Source: a virus (taxonomy: Duplodnaviria; Caudoviricetes). From it: a stretch of DNA of 62,450 bases. Positions 37,461-45,295 of this stretch are shown piece by piece. Every line of letters starts with the position of its first letter. The first letter of the stretch is position 1. The DNA lies in IMG/VR virus record IMGVR_UViG_3300014720_000036, positions 1-62,450 of that record. One strand, written 5' to 3'. The notes under the pieces were generated by a model. It did not search any database. It was not told the DNA's origin and saw only the letters and a program-made list of their open reading frames with translations. The position numbers were made by a program, and so were the translations under genes.

Positions 37461-38147
37461 TCAAGCCTTGTTGGTGCTGTCCGATTCCATGGCGACCCAA
37501 TACGAGACCGATGCGCCCGTGAACCGAGCGACACGCTTCTCACCGATGTCCACCGTGTAGTCGGCGGGGATCATCTTGAGGTTCTCGATTTTGAACCAAT
37601 AGCGGAACGAGCGGCTGTATTCCTGCGTGTCGATGGAGACCGACCAACTGTGGGCGGTCGGATCCTTCTTGTCGCAGACACGGATGCAGATGCCCTCACC
37701 GCAAGCCTCGACGCACATGTCGGGAGCCTGAAGGACGGACGCAGCCTTGAGAAGGGAGCCGAGGCTGTCCTTCGTCAGTTGGAACGAGACCGAGATGTTC
37801 GGCATCACGATCTTCCTGTCCTCCTTGGTGAGGAGAGTCGGATCACTAAAGAAGTACTTGACCGAGGTCTTTCCTCCCCCCGCCTCGCCGATGAGGACAT
37901 GGGTTGAATCAAACTCAAACTCGGGTTCCTTGAAAAGGCTCACCACCGAGAGGAACTTGCCCATGTCCCAAATGCCGAACTCCGTGTCGAATGTCTCCTT
38001 GACCTGCGCCTCGGCGAGGACGGTCTTGGACGGCGACACGGTGTTGATCGTGCTTCCCGCCCTGACATGGAGGTTGCTGTTGATGGTGGCGAAGTTCTTG
38101 AGGATGTTCAGCGTATCGGGGCTGATCTTGGTAATCGTCTTGGTCAT
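37461..38147 (-). CDS. gp45: Sliding clamp (gp45)
   Basis: TLNILKNFATINSN, FGIWDMGKFL, FKIENLKMIPADY and YWVAME. Confidence 0.93.
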   Translation of the reverse strand: MTKTITKISPDTLNILKNFATINSNLHVRAGSTINTVSPSKTVLAEAQVKETFDTEFGIWDMGKFLSVVSLFKEPEFEFDSTHVLIGEAGGGKTSVKYFFSDPTLLTKEDRKIVMPNISVSFQLTKDSLGSLLKAASVLQAPDMCVEACGEGICIRVCDKKDPTAHSWSVSIDTQEYSRSFRYWFKIENLKMIPADYTVDIGEKRVARFTGASVSYWVAMESDSTNKA

Positions 38148-38395
38148 GGCTTGCGCTCCTTCGTTGTGTTCTTTCGCCCCGAGAGGGACTTCTTTTGTCT
38201 CATCCGTGCGATATCGGATATATCCGTGTGTGCGAGTATCTCCGCCTCCAAGTCCCACGGGTAGTGCTTCAATAGCCGCCGTGCCTCCTTGCGGATTCCG
38301 CTAGGAACCCTCGGAGTAAGGGATGGAGTGAGGAGCGAAACTAAGAACCGCCTAGTGTTGCAGACGGCGTTGAATCTCTCGTATGGCAAGGTCAT
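38144..38395 (-). CDS. Small conserved hypothetical protein (BPSL0761-like)
   Basis: MTLPYER..TRRFL..TPRVP..IRKEARRLLKHYP. Confidence 0.75.
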   Translation of the reverse strand: MTLPYERFNAVCNTRRFLVSLLTPSLTPRVPSGIRKEARRLLKHYPWDLEAEILAHTDISDIARMRQKKSLSGRKNTTKERKP

Positions 38396-38411
38396 GTCAT
38401 TCTCCAAATGA

Positions 38412-38443
38412 AAGGGCGGAAGAGGCTTGCGCCCCCTCCGCCC
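38412..38443 (-). terminator. Hairpin, probable intrinsic terminator
   Basis: agggcgga..tccgccct inverted repeat with a short T run on the minus strand. Confidence 0.45.
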
Positions 38444-38465
38444 TACACGCAGCGGCTCTCGCCGA

Positions 38466-38945
38466 TTACCTCTTGCGCTCGGGCAAGCGCACCTCGACAT
38501 CATCGAACTTGCGCCACACCGACTCGTAGTTGCGATCTATGTGTTCCGTGAGGTCACGCCGAAGGTCGTTGAACCTGCGGTCCACGGACTCCTCAAGACC
38601 GTCGAACCTGTCGCTGATCTCGTCGTTCTCTTCACGGGCACGGTCTTCGATCCTGTTCATTTTGTCCATGTAGTCCGCATCCTTGGCATCCTCATCGTCC
38701 TTGGCGACCTTCGCAGAGACAGCCTTGGCGAGATTGTTGATGAGGTACGAGCAGAGGAGGAGTAGGAGACCGACACCACCGATGGCAACGGGCTTGCCCA
38801 ACTCGTCGGTCGTAAGCATCATCCACAGGGAGTAGCCTACGGCGGTGAACGAGACTAGGGCGAAGTACAGGCTCACGATGGAGCAGGACTTCACGGTGCC
38901 GATGGTGTTGCTGCGGACGGACTTGTCGGTGAAGGTGATGTTCAT
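38466..38945 (-). CDS. Membrane protein, 2 TM helices plus coiled coil
   Basis: Two hydrophobic segments followed by a charged helical tail. Confidence 0.65.
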   Translation of the reverse strand: MNITFTDKSVRSNTIGTVKSCSIVSLYFALVSFTAVGYSLWMMLTTDELGKPVAIGGVGLLLLLCSYLINNLAKAVSAKVAKDDEDAKDADYMDKMNRIEDRAREENDEISDRFDGLEESVDRRFNDLRRDLTEHIDRNYESVWRKFDDVEVRLPERKR

Positions 38946-38955
38946 GTCGGGGACC

Positions 38956-39372
38956 TCAGATGATGGTGAGAGAGCAGTACGCCTTGCCCGTCATCCCCTT
39001 CTCTCGGTACCGACCGAAGATCAGGAGATGCCGTTTGTTCAGTTTCCCACCTCGGACGATGATCCCGTACTTGATGATCCGCCGTCCGAGGGTGATCTGC
39101 CACCCGTTCGACACAGCGAACGAGGTGATCGCACTTTTCATGCTTGTGCTGATATCGCCCCTGAACAGGTAGCCCTTTAGTCCCGCACCCCACACATTGG
39201 ATTCTTTCATCAGCCCGACCAACTGCATGATCTCGGCGTATCCCTTGCTATTTGACTTGCCCCTTGCACCCAACTTGGACGATAGGAGTGCCTTCGCCTC
39301 GGACGAGGGTGCGCAGGTGCGTGTGCGGCAGCGGAACTGCCTTGCCGTGTTGACGATCTGCCGCTTCGCCAT
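38956..39372 (-). CDS. Basic hypothetical protein
   Basis: Fills the gap between genes; ATAAATA just upstream (about 39379-39386). Confidence 0.55.
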   Translation of the reverse strand: MAKRQIVNTARQFRCRTRTCAPSSEAKALLSSKLGARGKSNSKGYAEIMQLVGLMKESNVWGAGLKGYLFRGDISTSMKSAITSFAVSNGWQITLGRRIIKYGIIVRGGKLNKRHLLIFGRYREKGMTGKAYCSLTII

Positions 39373-39378
39373 ATCGGA

Positions 39379-39830
39379 TTATTTATCCGACGAGTCAGAC
39401 TGCAACGGCTCGTACTTGTGCAGGAGGGCACACTCGCCGCAGAGGGTCTTCAGCCACCGTCCCGATGTATGGGAATGACCCACGCTTCCACAGATCTCGC
39501 ACACGCCCGAGGAGAGTTGCTCGGTCACGGCGATGGCTCCGAGGATCCTCTCGTTTCCACCGTGGCAGTAGATGCGGAGTTGTGCGAACTTCTCCTTCAT
39601 CTGCACGATTGCGAAGGGGGTGTCCCCTTCGGCGAGGGAGGGCTGTCGGTCGATCTCCCGTTCGATCATCTGTATGAGATTCTCTACGAGTTCGTCCCAT
39701 CCATAACCAAACTCCCAACAAACAGTTCCGACAGATCCGTTGGGATCGTCGGACTTGGTGCCTCGCCCGAAGACTCGGGGGTGGGCGGCTTCGATCTCCT
39801 CACGCCGCCTCTCCTTGCCTCGGACGATGT
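39379..39830 (-). CDS. Conserved phage hypothetical protein with C-terminal Zn ribbon (start unresolved)
   Basis: GYGWDELV..QMKEKFAQLRIY..SGVCEICG..WLKTLC. Confidence 0.65.
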
Positions 39831-40088
39831 CTTGATGGAGTTGTACGACTCGGTCTCGGAGGTCGGACTCTGAAGCGATGTCCTGTACCCCGCCTCCTCC
39901 TTCCACCGTGTCGGGCTGTACTCCGTCCCCGATCCGATCCTCCGATGGAAGTCGTTCAGCCACTTCGCCTCCTTGACGGCATCCTTCTCGCTTGCATACA
40001 CCGCCACAACACCGTGGCTCACCACTAGGTAGCCCCTGTCCGTGGAGTTGCTCTTGACTGTGATCACCCATAGTTTTCCTTTTGCCAT
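39684..40088 (-). CDS. Hypothetical protein
   Basis: MAKGKLWVIT start coupled to the upstream gene; 3' part overlaps the next ORF. Confidence 0.45.
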   Translation of the reverse strand: MAKGKLWVITVKSNSTDRGYLVVSHGVVAVYASEKDAVKEAKWLNDFHRRIGSGTEYSPTRWKEEAGYRTSLQSPTSETESYNSIKTSSEARRGGVRRSKPPTPESSGEAPSPTIPTDLSELFVGSLVMDGTNS

Positions 40089-40381
40089 TGCTTGATCGCT
40101 TTCTTGCCCTTCGCAGAGAGTTTCACCGTGACCAATGCTGTGGGTTCGTGAAAGTCATGCTGCTCTTCTTGGCACGGGACCGTGACCGAGGTGACCTTTC
40201 CGAGACCGTGGAAGTCGGTGTCCACCGCATAGAAAGGTCCTCCCTCAAAGTCGATCATGTTGTCGCCACCACGGCAGAACTCCGAGGGACCCGAGACCTT
40301 GAACAGCATCCGCTCCTCGTCAAGGAGGGTGATCGTCCTCAGTTGCCCGTAGCGACTGCGTATGGTGAATGAGTAGTTCAT
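40064..40381 (-). CDS. Hypothetical protein
   Basis: MNYSFTIRSRYG..IDFEGGPF; starts immediately after tRNA-Tyr. Confidence 0.65.
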   Translation of the reverse strand: MNYSFTIRSRYGQLRTITLLDEERMLFKVSGPSEFCRGGDNMIDFEGGPFYAVDTDFHGLGKVTSVTVPCQEEQHDFHEPTALVTVKLSAKGKKAIKQWQKENYG

Positions 40382-40386
40382 CTGAA

Positions 40387-40468
40387 TGGGTGGTGAAGGA
40401 CTTGCACCTACGGAGTCGTATGACGGCAGATTTACAGTCTGCTCCCTTTGCTGCTCGGGCAACCACCC
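40387..40468 (-). tRNA. trnY: tRNA-Tyr (GUA)
   Basis: GGGTGGT..GCAGA-CT-GTA-AA-TCTGC, long variable arm, ..ACCACCC-A. Confidence 0.9.
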
Positions 40469-40470
40469 AA

Positions 40471-40541
40471 CTCGCCCGCTTGGGATCGAACCAAGACTAG
40501 AAGAATCAAAGTCTTCTGTGCTACCTTTACACAACAGGCGA
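40471..40541 (-). tRNA. trnQ: tRNA-Gln (UUG)
   Basis: TCGCCTG..GAAGA-CT-TTG-AT-TCTTC..CTTGG-TTCGATC-CCAAG-CGGGCGA-G. Confidence 0.92.
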
Positions 40542-40543
40542 AA

Positions 40544-40637
40544 TCGCAGCGAGGGCCTTGCACCCTTTCTCAATCTCGGGCACTAGTAGCCCTGATCCAT
40601 ATGAGCCTGACGGTTTATCTTCCGTTGCTCGACTGCA
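40544..40637 (-). ncRNA. tRNA-like structured RNA of unknown identity
   Basis: Acceptor-like GCAG/CTGC ends, ACGG..CCGT hairpin, long irregular central stem and T-arm-like AGGG-TGCAAGG-CCCT. Sits between tmRNA and tRNA-Gln. Confidence 0.4.
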
Positions 40638-40647
40638 CATCACTAAA

Positions 40648-41005
40648 TGGAGTCGGGGGGAATCGAACCCCCGTGATCTCACGCTCACCGTGGTGCCTAC
40701 TACGCCAATAGCCCTTGCTTGTCCTGACCCGCCGCCGAGGGCAACTGAGCGGGTTCAGTTTCGGGATCTTTGCTCTCGGTCGCAGTCGGCTTCCCGACTC
40801 CCTGCGACCCATCTCTTGGTTTGATCGTCCGCCTCAAGAGAATCGGGAGGACGATTCGTCGGGATCAGGCCGCAAGGGCGAGACGCTGACGGGGCTGCAC
40901 ATTGAACTTGGCAGTTATGGTTTCCATACACTTTTACGGGACTAGCATGGTTTCCCGTGGCGCATCACTCATCGGTCTTCGTGGATTCGATACCTGATCG
41001 ACCCC
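40648..41005 (-). ncRNA. ssrA: tmRNA
   Basis: 5' GGGGTCG pairs with 3' CGACTCC-A including G3.U70; T arm GGGGG-TTCGATT-CCCCC; tag frame 40912-40865 after ATAACT encodes AKFNVQPRQRLALAA*. Confidence 0.95.
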
Positions 41006-41011
41006 GATGTT

Positions 41012-41377
41012 TCACTTCAGACGGAGAAGGTACTTCGTCTTGTTGATCGCCCCGATCATCTCGTCCCTGATGTTGAGGAGATCCGTGTCCTCGGGTTTGA
41101 GAAGGGCGGGGACTTCGTTTGTCATGTACAAGATCGCTTGGTCGAGAGCCTCGACCACGGCGGCGTTGTCCTTGTAGTTGACGAGGGTCAGCCTGTACGA
41201 GTCCTTGGCTGCGGGAACACCGTAGCGTCCCGAGAAGGTCTCCACGAACTCATCGATCTGTCCGTCGAGAGCCTCGTAGAGACCTCCGAGTGCCTGATGT
41301 TCGGCATACGACTTGGTTTGCCAATGGAAAACCCGAAGTTGCGATTGCAGGGTGAGGAGACTGGTGATGAGAGTCAT
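41012..41377 (-). CDS. Ferritin/Dps-like four-helix protein (DUF5856-like)
   Basis: FHWQTKSYAEHQAL..IDEFVE..LLNIRDEM..KYLL; ATAGATA at 41383-41389. Confidence 0.8.
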   Translation of the reverse strand: MTLITSLLTLQSQLRVFHWQTKSYAEHQALGGLYEALDGQIDEFVETFSGRYGVPAAKDSYRLTLVNYKDNAAVVEALDQAILYMTNEVPALLKPEDTDLLNIRDEMIGAINKTKYLLRLK

Positions 41378-41385
41378 GGTGATAT

Positions 41386-41610
41386 CTATTCGATGAGGTA
41401 GCGACCCATGCTGCCGTGGATCTCGTTGACGCTGCTTCGGGCATCCCGTAGGACCTTCGTGTGCGCCTCGGCATAACCCGTGGCGTACTCCTCCCAATAC
41501 ACCTTCTTGTCGGAGGTGGCGGAGGTCATTCCGAGCGGACACCTGCTCGGCTGACCTGACATTCGGTCGTTGTACCCGTCCTTGTAGCCTTGACCTGCGA
41601 TGTATTCCAT
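41386..41610 (-). CDS. Small hypothetical protein
   Basis: MEYIAGQGYKDGY with AGGAG ribosome binding site, directly after tRNA-Leu. Confidence 0.65.
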   Translation of the reverse strand: MEYIAGQGYKDGYNDRMSGQPSRCPLGMTSATSDKKVYWEEYATGYAEAHTKVLRDARSSVNEIHGSMGRYLIE

Positions 41611-41624
41611 GATTTCACTCCTAG

Positions 41625-41697
41625 TAGCGGAGGTGGGAGTCGAACCCACACTAAGCGGATTTTGAGACCGCCGCCTCTGCCATTGGGCTACTCCGCC
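41625..41697 (-). tRNA. trnL: tRNA-Leu (CAA), short variable loop
   Basis: GGCGGAG..GCGGT-CT-CAA-AA-TCCGC-TTAGT-GTGGG-TTCGACT-CCCAC-CTCCGCT-A. Confidence 0.85.
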
Positions 41698-42320
41698 GAT
41701 GGCTCTCTTCCCGCCATCAGATGACGCAGCCATGCGCTTTGAAATGTGTCGGCTTCCTGATAGGACTCAAACACGAAGGGCTTCCCCTTCATCTTGGAGT
41801 AGAACTGAGAAACCTTCATGGGCTTGAACTCGCCCACAGAGAACTCCTTACCGAGACCTGGAAACTCGACGGCGTTGCCATCCTCATCCTTGCCTTGGGT
41901 GCCGATCAGGACCGCCTTGCCGTCGAACGACTTGTACAGGACGGAGTCTTGGTTGTATCTCGCCCCTGCCTTGCGGAGGAATCCCTTGAGGCGACCCTTA
42001 TCGTCTCCCTTGTCGCCGATGACAAGGAACGCCTGTTCCCTGACATCCTTGGAGACCTCGGAGCCGTATCCTTCGATGTAGTGACCATCGACACGGTAGA
42101 AGCCGAATCCCGCAGCACGGATCTCCGCCTGTAGTTTAGCGTTCCGTGCCTTGTTCTCGGCGACAGGGTATCGACCACGGAAAGCCGTGATGATGCCGAT
42201 GTTCCGCTCAAGGGTGTGTTGATAGAGTCGTGACAGAGATGCCTCGTCAAGCACACGCATCGTGCTGACTTCGTTGGCGGTCTCCGTGAGGTTCTTGAGA
42301 GTCTCAGTCTCGTTGTTCAT
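41688..42320 (-). CDS. Conserved T4-like hypothetical protein, probably head-associated
   Basis: LDEASLSRL..ITAFRG..NKARN..GHYIE..YNQDSVL; N-terminal L-x-E sites. Confidence 0.7.
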   Translation of the reverse strand: MNNETETLKNLTETANEVSTMRVLDEASLSRLYQHTLERNIGIITAFRGRYPVAENKARNAKLQAEIRAAGFGFYRVDGHYIEGYGSEVSKDVREQAFLVIGDKGDDKGRLKGFLRKAGARYNQDSVLYKSFDGKAVLIGTQGKDEDGNAVEFPGLGKEFSVGEFKPMKVSQFYSKMKGKPFVFESYQEADTFQSAWLRHLMAGREPSAE

Positions 42321-42877
42321 GCCGTCACCATTGCCTTTCTCCCCGTGAATCCAAACCTTTTGAGCGTTGCGATTGTGGTCGCAGCGTTCTTGTGATGAAT
42401 ACCTACGCCACCCGCAGCATTCCACTCATCGATGTTCTGCTTGAGATCATCGATGAGGATGTTCTTCGTGCCATCCTTTTGCACAGCATACTCACGCTTC
42501 TCCGAGCGAAGACCGATGTGGATCCTGACGGGAAGCGGACGCATCTCCCGCTTGATCCATGTCATCTTGTCTTCCTTGCTCGTCGGTTGCCATGATGTAG
42601 TGTGAGCCGAGAGGATGTGTGCCCCGTACTGCGAGATGTAGTTCCACAGGATCTTGCCGTCAGCCATCCATGGGAAGTTGAGGAATAGCCTCGGATGATC
42701 TCTGTCGAATCGCTTCCTGCGGGTTCGGATGTACGCATCAAATTCCCTCTCCGAGCAAGAAGCGTTTCCGTCGAGGGCACAGATGCCGCCGACGAAGTCA
42801 ACGAGGACACCGTCCATGTCGCAGTAGATCTGCGCCTTGGGATTCTCGCTGAGTATGGATTCAATGAGGGTGAGCAT
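42317..42877 (-). CDS. HAD-family 5'(3')-deoxyribonucleotidase-like protein
   Basis: YCDMDGVLVDF, ILS, K, ILIDD and GGVGIHH; CTAAATA at 42883-42889. Confidence 0.85.
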   Translation of the reverse strand: MLTLIESILSENPKAQIYCDMDGVLVDFVGGICALDGNASCSEREFDAYIRTRRKRFDRDHPRLFLNFPWMADGKILWNYISQYGAHILSAHTTSWQPTSKEDKMTWIKREMRPLPVRIHIGLRSEKREYAVQKDGTKNILIDDLKQNIDEWNAAGGVGIHHKNAATTIATLKRFGFTGRKAMVTA

Positions 42878-42885
42878 GAGATTAT

Positions 42886-43887
42886 TTAGAGAGACCCGAC
42901 CTTGTGGGGTTTGATCCATAGGGTCTTACGCTCCGACCTGCCAACTCCACACACCTGACGGCGGAAGTGACCTCGTCGCCAATGGAGCCTTACGCCCGTG
43001 CCCCCCACACCCGACTCTCCTTCGGTTTGAATCCGTTCCACAAGGTCGAGCATGGTCGGGTTCCACAGGGCAGGACGATTTTTTCCCTTCTTGACCCGAG
43101 CCTCACGGGCGATGCCTCCGCCGACTTTCACGATGTCATTCGTGGCGTTCATGGCGCAGAGAATCTTCCAAGCGAGACGAACCACCTCGCCGTTCTGCCA
43201 CTTGTCCCGCTCAAGTTGGTTGGGCGTGAACTCCACGCCAAACTCTTCAAAGAACGACTTGGCGGGATCATCCCGATTGAAGTATTGACCATGCTCCGCC
43301 AACTGTTCGCCGTAGGTACCCCGACACGGGTAGTGTGCATGGGATGTCACGCTCTCGGAGTCGAGGAAGGTCACGATGTACGACTTCCCATACTGCACAT
43401 GATCGACTCGGACGATGCTGAACATCGTGATGTACGAGGTGGTGCCGAACACGCCCGAGATCTCGGCGAACTTCCGTGCGGTCGGCAGGACGAACAGGAT
43501 ACCCTCATGCGGCCATTGGAGGTCCTCCATCGGCATGCTGTTCTCGACATCGGTGCGGTCGAGCGCATCGATGAGATCGTCGGACACGAAGAATGTCGGA
43601 CCATCTGCCTTACGGAGGACCGTGCCCGAGTACTTGAACATCTCGGCATCCCTCTGCCGCTCGGGGGTCTCGTATTCCTGCCCCATCAGAATGGGGTATG
43701 CGATCTTGAGGCCGTAGTGCCCCCACCAATGCTTGGGACTTAGGTACCCGCTCGGGGGTGCGATCCTTCGGGGCATGGTGGCATCCTCCCATCCGTCACC
43801 GAGGATCTCGCCGAACATCATGTCGTTCATGCGCACGGGGGAAAGGTTCTTCATCATTTCGATGATTTCTTTTCTTTGCATTGCCAT
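42886..43887 (-). CDS. Hypothetical protein with HWRRGHFR C-terminal motif
   Basis: 333-aa ORF; RLHWRRGHFRRQ..WIKPHKVG. Confidence 0.75.
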   Translation of the reverse strand: MAMQRKEIIEMMKNLSPVRMNDMMFGEILGDGWEDATMPRRIAPPSGYLSPKHWWGHYGLKIAYPILMGQEYETPERQRDAEMFKYSGTVLRKADGPTFFVSDDLIDALDRTDVENSMPMEDLQWPHEGILFVLPTARKFAEISGVFGTTSYITMFSIVRVDHVQYGKSYIVTFLDSESVTSHAHYPCRGTYGEQLAEHGQYFNRDDPAKSFFEEFGVEFTPNQLERDKWQNGEVVRLAWKILCAMNATNDIVKVGGGIAREARVKKGKNRPALWNPTMLDLVERIQTEGESGVGGTGVRLHWRRGHFRRQVCGVGRSERKTLWIKPHKVGSL

Positions 43888-43889
43888 AA

Positions 43890-43963
43890 CGCCCCCCGCA
43901 GGACTTGAACCTGCGACCTGCGGTTTAGGAAACCGCTGTTCTATCCAACTGAACTAGGAGGGC
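43890..43963 (-). tRNA. trnR: tRNA-Arg (CCU)
   Basis: GCCCTCC..GCGGT-TT-CCT-AA-ACCGC..GCAGG-TTCAAGT-CCTGC-GGGGGGC-G. Confidence 0.93.
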
Positions 43964-43970
43964 TTTTATA

Positions 43971-44267
43971 TCAGTTCTCGGACTGCCACGCCGTCACGCT
44001 GCCGAGATTGAAGGATCGCCATTCGCCCTTCTCAACATCCCACACCACGATGTTCGTGGCGGGACGCTTCGGTTTCGACGGCAGCGGTGTGGTCGGGTCG
44101 GGCTCGGGCTTGGGAGGCAGGTGCGCCTCGTTGAGGGAGCAGCGCATCGTGCGCTGTGTCCCATCGACCTTGGTGAACATGACAGTCACGATACCCGCCT
44201 TGAGGGCATCGATGATCTGCTTGCGGATGACCTGCTGTTCCTCGGTGAGAGTCTTGGTATCGCTCAT
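43971..44267 (-). CDS. WYL_2 / SH3-like beta-barrel protein (DUF2693-like)
   Basis: VTVMFTKVDGTQRTMRCSL..VWDVEKGEWRSF. Confidence 0.8.
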   Translation of the reverse strand: MSDTKTLTEEQQVIRKQIIDALKAGIVTVMFTKVDGTQRTMRCSLNEAHLPPKPEPDPTTPLPSKPKRPATNIVVWDVEKGEWRSFNLGSVTAWQSEN

Positions 44268-44274
44268 ATACGAT

Positions 44275-44303
44275 ACGATACTCTACGATTCACTTCTCGT
44301 CAA
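44275..44303 (-). promoter_or_regulatory. Sigma70-like early promoter TTGACG-N17-TATCGT
   Basis: ATG lies 7 nt downstream of the -10 box (leaderless geometry). Confidence 0.6.
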
Positions 44304-44835
44304 GGGGATCGTCGGGATTTTCTTCGTCCTGATAATCCTGCCACTCACCCTCAAGGTCGCCCCCGAAGTTCTTCCCCCAATTGATCGACTTGAAAAAGTA
44401 CACGGCACCGTCGTAGGTGGACGGAGGCGGCGGTGGATCCTGCTTCTTTGGCGGCTCGTTGATTGGCGGCTCGTTGAACATGTCGTTCAACATCTTTTCC
44501 AACATCTTGTCGTATTTTACGGGATCGATGTGGGTGTGGTACGAGTTGATCTTCTCGTCTTGCTGAACCGCCTTGGTGAGGTCGCCGAGGGTGGGTGGGT
44601 TCTTGAGCCCCGTCTGTGCGATACGGCGATCCTCGTTGGCATGGACGATGGACCGCAACTGCCTACGGACCTCAGCCAACCGCTGCAACTCGACCGTGCC
44701 CGTGGACTTGCCATGGGCTTCAATCGCCTTGAGGGTCTGCTCCAACGAGGTCAGGTAGTCCACCATCGCCGAGTTCTCTCGGCAGAGCGACAGGTTTGCT
44801 TCAAGGAGATGTCGGGATAGGGGTTGTCTTTTCAT
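44290..44835 (-). CDS. Hypothetical coiled-coil / Pro-rich protein
   Basis: Start MKRQ preferred (GAGGT upstream). Confidence 0.55.
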   Translation of the reverse strand: MKRQPLSRHLLEANLSLCRENSAMVDYLTSLEQTLKAIEAHGKSTGTVELQRLAEVRRQLRSIVHANEDRRIAQTGLKNPPTLGDLTKAVQQDEKINSYHTHIDPVKYDKMLEKMLNDMFNEPPINEPPKKQDPPPPPSTYDGAVYFFKSINWGKNFGGDLEGEWQDYQDEENPDDPLDEK

Positions 44836-44884
44836 GGTCACCTCATCGGGATAATCGCCCGACAGCATGAAATTTTCATGCTTT

Positions 44885-45115
44885 CTATCGTGGGTCATCG
44901 ACATTGAATACCTTGTACTTCCCGAGCATGAAGTTGTTGACGGCGAACGATTTGCCCGATCCTGCGCCACCCGCAAGGATGACAGCCTGACCCTCGGTCC
45001 TACCCTTGCCGATGACCACAGCCCTCTCCTCAAGGGTGCGCAGAATGTCCGTGTGATCTAATGTTTCTCCTCGGAGAATCATCTCTTCCTGTAGAGAGAA
45101 GTAAGTCTTCGTCAT
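44885..45115 (-). pseudogene. Truncated P-loop kinase (zeta/AAA_33-like) fragment
   Basis: AVILAGGAGSGKS..KVFNVDD, then TAG and TGA in quick succession. Confidence 0.55.
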
Positions 45116-45294
45116 AGTCTGTTCCTCGTCGTGATCTTTGTGCATGAGTGGGGTGCTAGCCTAGTGTCATTGACAACACCGCTCGTCTTGGGATCACCCC
45201 TCTTCTTCCTCGGGATCGGCTTGACCATGTAGTCAGCCATCCCCTTTGTGAAGGCGAACCAATCCTTACCACGGTTGATGATTCGGTCTTCCAT
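45112..45294 (-). CDS. Small hypothetical protein
   Basis: 60-aa ORF coupled to both neighbours. Confidence 0.45.
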   Translation of the reverse strand: MEDRIINRGKDWFAFTKGMADYMVKPIPRKKRGDPKTSGVVNDTRLAPHSCTKITTRNRL

Positions 45295-45295
45295 G

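Noticed and set aside
40544-40637. tRNA-Sec or tRNA-Met call for the tRNA-like element (contains CTCATA)
   Set aside because: No canonical 5-bp anticodon stem with a 7-nt loop can be formed around TCA or CAT.
44885-44887. Stop-codon reassignment (TAG read-through) to rescue the truncated kinase
   Set aside because: A TGA follows three codons later, core genes are intact under the standard code, and no suppressor tRNA was found.
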